A program made the position numbers and the translations under genes. A model generated the notes under the pieces. That model saw only the letters and a program-made list of their open reading frames with translations. It was not told the origin of the DNA and made no database searches. A stretch of DNA of 64,000 nucleotides from Guillardia theta CCMP2712 (lineage: Eukaryota > Protista > Cryptophyta), in NCBI RefSeq assembly GCF_000315625.1, contig NW_005434609.1, positions 1 to 64,000 of the forward strand. The letters run 5' to 3'. Numbering within the stretch: the stretch's first letter is position 1; each line of letters begins with the position of its first letter. This document shows, piece after piece, positions 13,545 through 22,613 of the stretch.

Positions 13545-14545
13545 CAGGCCTCCGAGTCAGCAGTAGCAGTAGCCGAGACCAACACCGCCCGTGACAGCGG
13601 CGTCGCCGCAGCAATGGCGGGCCAAGGACCGGCCGGGTGTGACCCGACCGATGCCGGGGAGGAAGCAGGCGAGCTCGGACCAGCAGCAAGCACCCCAGTG
13701 GTGTCGAGCTCAGTCTCCGGAGGCACCCGACGCCGTCACAGTGAGGGACGGAGACGCCTCGCCAGCTCCGCGCCGGTCGTCGGCGCCACTCGAAGGGTTT
13801 CCCCCATCGGAGTCGGAGACCTCCGGCGAAGACTCCCCCTCGGGCGACTCGACAAAGTCCGAGGAGGAGCTGTCCTCTGGCTCGAGAAGTGCTTGCGCGC
13901 GCAAGGGCGTCATGCGCCTCGCACCAGATAGGAGCGCCTCCAGCGTCAGCTGCATGGTGAGGCGCTGATAGGTGGCGGCGCGTTTGCGAGCCAAGACCTG
14001 AGCAGCAGGTCCATCATCAGGCACGAAGTGCCGACCAAACGCCGCATGAGACGTCGGATGCCTCCGGAGAGCTCGACAGTAAACATTCCAGCACTGCTGG
14101 CAACTGTCAGAAGACTCACCCGGCATCGCCAGCCCACGCGCGAAGCCGCGAACACAAGCAGGGAGGGTGAGAGAATGAATACTCGCATAAGGTAAAAGTG
14201 CCTCAAGCAAATAAGCAGGAACAAGCTAAACCTGCACTGCACTGCGGCATGCACACAGCGCACAGCGAGAAGCTGCACAAACAATTACAACAACAAAAGA
14301 CCAAAAGTAACCAGCACTGCTGGCAACCGTCAGCAGACCCGGGACCGCCAGCCCACGCGCGAAGCCGCGCAGTCTGTAGGAGGGGTAACTTATCACAAGA
14401 GCAGCACTGCGGGAGGGGACGTCCGAGATGAAACCCCCTGAGGCCGCGGGCCGCTCGGACCTTGTCGAGACGGTCCGACGCCCGGCGACTGAGTCGGAAG
14501 TCTGCGCCGGAGAGGAGGAACAAGCTAAACCTGGAGCGGTACCGA
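13545..14545 (-). mobile_element. Inverted arm of the retroelement array, including a divergent subfamily 3' end
   Basis: Minus-strand ORF 13710-14210 repeats AAFGRHFVPDDGPAA...; divergent terminus GCTTGAGGCACTTTTACCTTATGCGAGT at ~14208-14181. Confidence 0.8.
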
Positions 14546-14585
14546 CACTACTGAGTAACCCACGGTAGTAACCGAACAGTGACAA

Positions 14586-14810
14586 TCGGGCGGCCGGGCC
14601 GGCCGGGGCCCGGCCCGGCCCGGGCCACTGGGCCGTGCGTGACGGTGACTGGTCACTGAGTCACGGTTACGACCGCGGCCGCTCGGAGCTCGGACCACTG
14701 CCGCTGAGCTGCGAGGTCCAGCTCCACTCTTATCGGAGGGCCCGGCACTGCAGTGCGGCAGACCCGGGCCCGTACCGTCCACTGCCAGGCCCCTGAGGCG
14801 GGCCGCCCGG
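14586..14810. promoter_or_regulatory. GGCC/CCGG-rich island upstream of the AhpC/TSA-like gene
   Basis: Dense GGCCGGGCCCGG runs with GTGAC/TGAGTCA words; regulatory role inferred from position only. Confidence 0.4.
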
Positions 14811-14888
14811 ATGTACGTCGGTGGAGGATCGCTTGTTCAACACTTCACAAAAAAATTAAAAAGAATTGTTTTAAGGAGCGCAGTGGTC

Positions 14889-16295
14889 ATGGTGCGAAGC
14901 TTGCGTGTGGCGCTGCTTCTCCCTCTCCTCATGCTGCAAGAAGCGACTTGCTTCGCTCCTCCTTCCCTTCTTGCTCCCTCCTCTCCCAAGCTCACTGCCT
15001 CCTCTCCCAAGCTCACTGCCTCCCCTCGCTTCCCCCGCGCCACATCGCATCGGCTCTGCGAGATGTCAGTCAGCGAGTACGAGACTCTGAAGGGGTTGAG
15101 AGTGAAGAACGTCAAGACATGTGAAGGTGCCGACATCGTCTCTCCGTCAGGCCGCCGCCTCCTCGTCTTCCTGGTGAGCAGTCACGAGCACGAGAAATAC
15201 CTGAGAATCATTCAGACGCACTTCGGGGACCTCTCGTCTTGGGAGTACGCAAGACAGCTTCTGCACTACATGCCTCTCCTCCACTCGCGAGGTGTTGGAT
15301 CTTCAGGCTGTTGTCCGCCAGCGTGTCAGTCATACGCATGCAGGAGTCAAGGTGATGGCGATCGGCATAGGCAGTCAAGAGGCTGGGAAGAAGTTCGCGG
15401 ATCAGCTCAAGTTTCCAGAGGAGCTCCTCTTCTTCGACCCCGACGCCTCCTGTGCGGCTGAGCTTGGTTTCAGCGCTGGGTTCGGAAGAAGCTCAGGTGA
15501 AAGCGCATGCAGTCATGCAAGTCTGACGTCAAGCAGCACGAGACGCACAGTCGAACCCTCTATCACCTTATCTTCGTCTCCTCCCCATGCTCCTTGGCAT
15601 CGGTGACTTTCTCGTCCTCGTCTTCCGTGTCTCATCAGCTTCGCAGGGTCTCCCGGAACCCTCGGGCGGGTAGCGCAAGGGCGTGTCGAGACTGAGGGGA
15701 TGACGGCGAGCATGGCAGGTGATCTACGGCTACTTCGGCGACCGAGGCTACGATCCTAAATGGACAGTCTCACACCTAAGAGACTTTGCGACTGGAAGCT
15801 TCCCCTTCGTCGAGCCGGTGAGGGGCGGGGAGCAGCAGTCTGGAGCCTCACAGTTGTGCTTGTAGGAGCTCTTTGATAGGCTGGGCTCAGGTTATCTCCG
15901 CCCCTTCGAGCTCGCCACAGTTCGTCTTCAGGTTTTCACTTCCTCATCGTGCAAACGACGAGTGACGCTCCTGTGCTAGAACATGATCGGCATCTTGGAG
16001 CAGTGGAACGAGCTGATCCCTGAGAACCAGGTGCTGCTCAAGTCGCAGGCTCCCTGTTCCTCATGCTTTGCCAGGATCTCGTCGTACAGCAAGGAGGAAC
16101 GATCGTGATGGAAGGCGACCAGACCATGTGAGTTGAGAAGCCGCTCGTGTTCTCAATACTTGAGTTGCTCCTGGACTGACTGCTGGGTGTTGCAGATACA
16201 GATTTGACGACAGAGGCATTCTCGTCTACGCGGGAGAGCGAGGGGTCGCCTCGGTCCCGCAGGTGATCGAGAAGGCGCTAGGAGAGAAGCTGTGA
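14889..16295 (+). CDS. Plastid-targeted AhpC/TSA_2 (peroxiredoxin-like) family protein, multi-exon
   Basis: Presequence MVRSLRVALLLPLLMLQEATC-FAP; motifs THFGDLSSWEYA, LRPFELATVRLQNM, QQGGT, YRFDDRGIL; stop TGA 16293-16295. Confidence 0.85.
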
Positions 16296-16820
16296 TGCGG
16301 CTCGTGTCAGTGCGAGTTCAGCCGCATCAGAGGGCAAGGACAGGCGTTAGTTTCTTGTGCTCCTGCTCATTGAGAGTGAAGCTAAACATGTTCTGCCATC
16401 TCTCTTTCACTCCCTTCCCTCCCGCCTGGCGCCCTGCCAGGCTTTCAGTGTTCAACCGGGCATGCTTAAGGGCCTGTCACCTAATCAGTGTCTTGTCTGC
16501 CAGTCCGACAAGCTGGTCTGGTACCGCGTTTAGTGACAGTCAGGTCTGCACTGCCTGGCACTATCTGACTGGCATCAGTGTTTCTCGGAGGGCTCCGCGC
16601 GTCAAGTTCCGTAAGTCTTAGCCTGTAGAACCCTCAGCGACAGTGGCTCTGACGGCGGCGTGACAGTCTGTCGGACTGGCCGGGCCGCCTTGAAGCCTCG
16701 GAAGGCTGACTCGAGTGACGGCGGGACCGGGTCCGGTCGCCGCCGGGGCCGCGGCCGGTTTCAAAACCGTAACGGCCTCGGGACAACGATCTGTAACCGA
16801 TGTCCGTTATCGGTTGAGGC

Positions 16821-18335
16821 ATGGCGACAGAGAAAATGGCGCAGGAAGCGGTGGGGGCGCTAGGAGGAGGAGAGGAGAGCGTGATAGAGCATCTGTCTCA
16901 GGTTCTGGCTGTTGCTGCACTTGAACATGAAGAAAATGCGACAGAGAAGTTCATGGAGTTAAGTCGCTCAGTTCTCGAATCCACTCTGAGATGGAGGAAG
17001 GAGGGAGCGTCGCTTGGGCAAGAGCTGAGCGACGTGATCAGCATCCGTGATCTCTTCAAGACACCCAAGAGCTCAGTTGACTTCTCCAGCGGAATCCTCA
17101 AGGAAAACATCTACGAGCGTGTCACTGATACTTACGTCCCAGACGTCGCAGCAGAGGCGCAGCTGCTTCAATGGGCTGGGATATGCATCGGGGAGGTAGA
17201 AACCCAGAAAGTGATGCTAGCGATGAGGAGGCTTGCAGCAGAGCATCCAGAGCTCAAGATGGTTCGTTTCTTCGGAAAGATGCTGGGGACGCGAGGCGAT
17301 TACTACATATGTGAAGGCGAGATGACATGCCCCGATGAGATGGCGCCGAGGGGGCTCAAGCCCAACGATCCGAGGAGGAGGAGCATCGAGAAAGCGATTC
17401 ATCACAACAAGCTCAAGTACTTTGTGTGCAGCTACCCCGGAGCGACGTGGACAACTCTCCCTAACGTCAACCTCGAGCAGCTGCAAGCAGTCGGCTCGAT
17501 CAAGAAGCTCTTGACTGGAGACCTTCACGCCGCGTGCGCGAGCTATCCTCCGTTTCCCGGCGAGACTGAGGCCGAGTACCTTCGCGCCAAGATTGCATGG
17601 ATTGGAATCAACACGATCTTGTCACCAGCAGGATTCTATAAGGAAGTCCCCGCAGACCTCGAGAGCTCGCCTCGTCAACCCGACAACATCATTCAGCACG
17701 AGGGCTCGTGGAGTCCCTTCGAAGACGAGGCTCAGGCCCGCAGCATCGGCTCATGGGCGAGACACTATCCTCCTCTCCCCGACGATGACAACTTCCCGGA
17801 TGACTTCGGCCCTGATGAGGAGGGCAACTGGCCTGTGATTGACCCCGAGCCTTATCCCATCCGCCCCCTCGACCCTGCGGTGGAGGACGAAAAGTGGTTC
17901 TCTCGCAGTTGCGCCGCTCAGTGCAAGAGATACGCGCCCGTGGCTCTCTACAGCATCGAGTTCCCCGGCGCTGTCATGGTGTCTAAGGGCGCAAGGTTCT
18001 ACGCCTTGTACATCGGGTGGGGCAACTCTGAGAACTTCCACCTGCACACCCCAAAATACGCGCCAGGGCTCATCATGCCTCCTGTCAACTCAGACGTCAT
18101 CTACACGGTCAAGGAAGAGCCTGTCAAGACCACCGATGAGAACGGGAACGTGGTTGAGCAGCCAGTGGAAGTTCCTCCTCCCTACCCGCAGGAGGGTTGG
18201 AAGCACTTCAACGAAGAGCAGATGGACTTGCGGGACAAGTTCCAGCTGGAGTGGGAGCTTGAAAATCAGCAGAGGGAACAGAGGATGCTGGAAGCCCAAG
18301 ACGCAGAGGCAGCAGAGGCGGCAGAGGCGGATTGA
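16821..18335 (+). CDS. RSPH4A: Radial spoke head protein 4/6 family (flagellar), intronless
   Basis: 504-aa ORF with QWAGI, VRFFGKMLGTRGDYYICEG, YFVC..PG..W..LP.V, YPPFPG.EAEYLRA.IA.I, FPGA, YIGWG. Confidence 0.92.
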   Translation: MATEKMAQEAVGALGGGEESVIEHLSQVLAVAALEHEENATEKFMELSRSVLESTLRWRKEGASLGQELSDVISIRDLFKTPKSSVDFSSGILKENIYERVTDTYVPDVAAEAQLLQWAGICIGEVETQKVMLAMRRLAAEHPELKMVRFFGKMLGTRGDYYICEGEMTCPDEMAPRGLKPNDPRRRSIEKAIHHNKLKYFVCSYPGATWTTLPNVNLEQLQAVGSIKKLLTGDLHAACASYPPFPGETEAEYLRAKIAWIGINTILSPAGFYKEVPADLESSPRQPDNIIQHEGSWSPFEDEAQARSIGSWARHYPPLPDDDNFPDDFGPDEEGNWPVIDPEPYPIRPLDPAVEDEKWFSRSCAAQCKRYAPVALYSIEFPGAVMVSKGARFYALYIGWGNSENFHLHTPKYAPGLIMPPVNSDVIYTVKEEPVKTTDENGNVVEQPVEVPPPYPQEGWKHFNEEQMDLRDKFQLEWELENQQREQRMLEAQDAEAAEAAEAD

Positions 18336-18376
18336 AGGTGCAGTGAGGAGGAGGTTCAATCAGTGTAGAAGAGGTG

Positions 18377-19367
18377 TCAACAAATCGCCTCCATGCGCTC
18401 CTTCATCAGCGATCGAGCTTCTCTCCCAGACATCTCTTGAATCTCCCCGTCGGCAACAAAGATGGCGTAGTCGGACATGCTGTTGGATATCCAGAAGAAG
18501 TCTCCGCGAGGGGTGAGGATAAGGGACGAGAAGTAAAACTTGTTGCGCAGGAGGATGAACCCAGTCGTCCCCTCCACCGTCCAGTCACCCAGCGACTGCT
18601 GCAGCTCGTCGGGTTGCCTGGGACGAGCGTCAGCTCTCGCGCTCCTCCTCCGCATCCTCACCCTTCTTTCATCAGCAAATCTACTTCAGTGAAGCCCGCG
18701 AGGAAGCCCGACTAGCGCACGCGTCACCTTCTGCCCCTCGGAGCGACAAGGGACTTACCGGCTCCTCCTTCAACGCTTGTCCGTCTGCCACTGAGTGAAC
18801 CATGCTGGATCCTGCGGAGAATCTGATGCCTCCATCTCCGTACTCGTGACTGATCTGAGGGAGCTCGTAAATCACAGCACAGAGGCGCCCCCGCCCATCA
18901 CCTCGATCAGGTTGGAGGTCCCCGCATGGAAGAAAAGCGTCAAACTGTCTCCTGCGCGCACCTCACATGGCTCCCATCACTTGCCTCTGATCCTCATCCC
19001 CTCACCATCCTCATCTTCGCAGTGCTTGTCACCCAGACTGGCAGAGCCTCGCTATGGGACAGCGTGAGCGATATGAAAGGAGAGACGAGGTTCGGAAAGA
19101 AAGAGAGTGGTGAAGAGCGGGATCGAGAGGAGGAAGATGGGAAGGTGTTGGAGAGGAGGAGGCAGCGAGAACGAGCGACAGAGATAAGAGGCAGGCATGG
19201 GACCTTGAAGAGTCAAGACTCCTGCCTCCCCGAAGACCCTCGATGATACGAGGAGAACGAGACGTGAAGGAAGTGGGAGCAAGCGAGAGGCCGCCGAGGG
19301 CTTGTACGAGATGCACAGGGGTAAGGAGGGAGAGGAGGAGGAGGAGGCAGACGGAGGAGATGTTCAT
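18377..19367 (-). CDS. Hypothetical multi-exon protein with signal peptide and LRGG presequence motif
   Basis: MNISSVCLLLLLSLLTPVHLVQALG...IIEGLRGGRS; spliceable exons (DSLTLFFHAGTSNLIE / ISHEYGDGGIRF...) and last exon ending KERMEAIC*. Confidence 0.6.
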
Positions 19368-19728
19368 GGCGCTGGAGGAGAGAGGTGAGGTAGGGGGTAC
19401 ACGCGCTACTCGCTCAAGCAAGGGAGCCTCGAATCCACTGATGGTGGGATGCAAAGGCTTCACGGGAATAGGGGGTAGGGGTGATTATTGAACCCGTAAT
19501 TTGAACTCTACTCTGACGGACCGAGTAGGTAGGGTGGGTGCATTTGAGTGGGTGGGTACAGGACTCCATAAAACCCGATGGAGGAGGAAGAGCGAGGGGA
19601 AGGGGGCGAGCAGAGGAGGAAGAGAAACTTGATGGATGCGGCAGGGGGAGGGGAAGGCAAGGCGATGAGTTCACGTCGTTTCAGTCGCAGGATGATTGTA
19701 AGATACATTAGCTTAAGATTCCTACACT

Positions 19729-20900
19729 TCAGTTGCGGCCGAACATGTCGAGGATGAAGAGGAAGAGGCTGCATGGAGTCATGCAAGCAGACAAAGGGGA
19801 TCTGAGAGGCTCACTTGATGATGTCCAGGTACAGGTCGATGACGGCCAGGATGTAGTCGTCCGGGCCGAGTCTCGCCATGATCTGCCAGGTGTCGTAGAT
19901 GATCCAGCCACTCATCAGCAGAGCTCCAAACCTTGCCAGGATGTCAGTCATCCGCGACAGACGCGAGTCAACCTACGCCCCGTAGACGAAGGACGCGTGA
20001 AACCCGAACAGCATGTTGCAAAGACCCCAAACCTGAAGGAGCACAAGCTCAGAGCCTCCCAGTCTTCAGGCTCGTCTCACCATCATCACGATAGTTCCTA
20101 CGAACAGGAAGAGCCACATCCCACTTGCCGCCAGTCAGTCTCGCCTCCTCCTCCTCCTCCTCTCCTCCACCTGAAGTCCCATCGGGTGAGGAAGACGAAG
20201 GCGGTCAAAGCCGCGAAGATGCCGAAGGTTGTCGCCCACGCAAGCAGGACGCTGGCAAAGCATCACAGGGAGCGTAGGAGGGAGTCGCTCACATGTTTCC
20301 GACGCCTCCAGCCTGGTACAGCGCGCAGATCGTGGCGACCATCCAAGACTCGATGACCTGCTCGAGTCAGAGGGGGAGGGTTGGAGGAGCCAGGACCGTG
20401 AAGACGGCGAGGAGGATCAGGTTGGTAGGATAGGAACTCTGACAAGTCGTCAGCCTCAGACGCGCGACGGTCGCTGGGTCACCTTGTTGTAGATGAGGGC
20501 GATGAGGCAGATGAAGCTGCCGATCATGGCGACCTGGCAGCGGATGAGGGACAAGCTCAAGTCGCCCCGGCAGACTCACGAGGAGCGGCCAGAACCCGAT
20601 GCCGATCATGAGGGAGTTGACCGGCGTGACGAACCTGAGAGCAGGTGAGCGGAGGCGAAAGCCTGCCTCAGCTCCATCTCACATGGCGCCGGCACAGCAC
20701 GCAGCAGTGAACGCTAGCTGGAGGGAGAGGATACTGTAGACCTTGATGATGAACCCTCGCTTCGCCTCTGCCTCCCACTCCGGCGCTCCTCTCTTCTGCT
20801 CGTGCATGAGCATGGTACGAGTCAAAGCAGCACTCACCTGCACCGCCTCATACGGCCCTGGCTCGTTCTTGGGGATGCTGCCATAGACCGAAGAAGCCAT
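19729..20900 (-). CDS. Lifeguard / Bax inhibitor-1 (TMBIM) family membrane protein, multi-exon
   Basis: KRGFIIKVYSILSLQL, YNKVTQ/YPTNL region, WIIYDTWQIM...DDYILAVIDLYLDII-LFLFIL. Confidence 0.9.
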
Positions 20901-21607
20901 GGCTTCTACCAACCTTCCGTACCGACGTCCAAGTCTGGGAACAACACAGCAAAGGGCCAAGGACAAGACGGCAGCAGTTGTTCTGTCAACAAAACATGAG
21001 TTGAGAACGGTCTATCTCCTCTGATCCTTCTGATATCATATCATCATATCACAACCAATGTGCTTTTCGTCTTGCATGGGTGTTTGCCTTGAATGAATAT
21101 GATGTGACCAGGTCAGGGATATTCTAATGCCAGCCAATTCTGTAATCTCCTCTTGTCGCGGAGGTCGATTCGATTTCGCTGTTTGTATCTGCCAACATGG
21201 TATCTCATCCTCATCACTTTCCCATCGCTCCTCTCGTTGCTTCAAGTACTTGCATATCTCCACTCTCATACGCCTCTGTCTTCTCTTGTCTTCTCCTTGC
21301 TCCTCCTCTGCACCCCTTGTCCTCTCCTTTTGCTTGTCCTCATCCTCCGCCATCGTACCTCCCTCCCTAAATAGCAACACGAGGACAGCAGTTCCATTGT
21401 TATGATTCTTTTGTTTTCGTGATGTCGCTGTCCTCAATGATCTCTAATTGAAACATCTGAAGTCAACCCGGTAAAATCTGTAGGGGGTAGGGGTGGAAGC
21501 ATTAGATAAGAAGGGGTATTCGGATGGGTGGTAAAGGTTGGGGGTAGGGTGATCCAGTGACGCTATAACGGGAGTGCAATGTTCGACAAGTTGTGGCGAA
21601 ACAAGGT

Positions 21608-22045
21608 GAGGAGAGAGAAGAGAGAAGAGAGAAGAGAGAAGAGAGAAGAGAGAAGAGAGAAGGGAGAAAAGAGAAGAGAGAAGAGAAGGGAGAAGGGAGA
21701 AGGGAAGAGAGAAGGGAGAAGGGAGAAGAGAAGAGAGAAGAGAGAAGGGAGAAGAGAGAAGAGAGAAGAGAAGAGAGAAGGGAGAAGGGAGAAGGGAAGA
21801 GAGAAGGGAGAAGGGAGAAGAGAAGAGAGAAGGGAGAAGGGAGAAGAGAGAAGAGAGAAGAGAAGGGAGAAGGGAGAAGGGAGAAGGGAGAAGGGAGAAG
21901 GGAGAAGGGAGAAGGGAGAAGGGAGAAGGGAGAAGGGAGAAGGGAGAAGGGAGAAGCGAGGAGCGAGGAGCGAGGAGCGAGGAGCGAGGAGCGAGGAGAG
22001 AGGAGAGAGGAGAGAGGAGAGAGGAGAGAGGAGAGAGAAGAGGAG
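21608..22045. repeat. Compound purine tract (GAGAA, GAGAAGG, GCGAGGA, GAGAGGA units)
   Basis: Direct reading; successive blocks of 5- and 7-mers. Confidence 0.92.
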
Positions 22046-22613
22046 TGGAGGTAAAGGTAAAGGAGAAAGGAAAGAGGGAGTCTATCATGAAACTCTTGTA
22101 ACTCAAGACAAGGCAATCGGTCATCTTAGTTGAAATGAATCCGGATGTATGCAAGAGGATCAGGACAGCAAGTAGAGACGCGAAGCTCGTAGGCGAGGGG
22201 GATCTTTGCTTGCTGATCGTTTGAATGTTGTCATGGACAGGAGGACCAAACCGCTAGCTCGAGACAGGCTGGCCGCCCTCAGACCTCAGAGCTTCTGCAG
22301 ACAAAGCTGCTGCCGTATGGCATGCTCTCTCGCCCGACGAGACACTTCTTCAGTGACGGTAGCTGATGATGGAGGAGACGAGGGTTGACTGAGACTCGGA
22401 TAGGCGACGGTCTGTGGGGAGAGCACAATCCTCACTTCGGTTCTTCCAAGGATGGAGACTCGCGATGGTGAGAGAGAAGAACCTCTTGCTGTAAAATCTT
22501 CGTGTACAAAATGAGAAATGTCTGCAAAGCTATGCGAGGAGAGGTAATAGGGGGTGATGGGATGGAAGGAGAGGAGAGGAGAGGTCGCTTTCCCCGCTGT
22601 CCTGCTGCCTCCT

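Larger units (their letters stand above)
7785..14545. mobile_element. Nested array of 5'-truncated non-LTR retrotransposon copies (RLE-type, CRE-like), mostly + strand with inverted pieces
   Basis: Repeated ORF C-terminus plus 3'UTR ending in TTGAGGCACTTTTTACCTTCTGCCAGTAAATCC (ends at ~8315, 8407, 11038, 11724, 11763, 11932, 12897, 13539 on +; 10158 on -), variable 5' starts, RLE motifs in the longest copy. Confidence 0.85.

Noticed and set aside
7785-14545. Penelope-like, DIRS or LTR identity, or telomeric location, for the array
   Set aside because: Nuclease motifs are RLE-type, not GIY-YIG, tyrosine recombinase or integrase; no hammerhead core or telomeric repeat tract recognised; genes flank both sides
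21608-22045. Purine tract as nucleomorph-type telomere repeat or ER/EK-rich protein
   Set aside because: Units differ from (AG)7AAG6A and shift along the tract; ORFs are low-complexity artefacts
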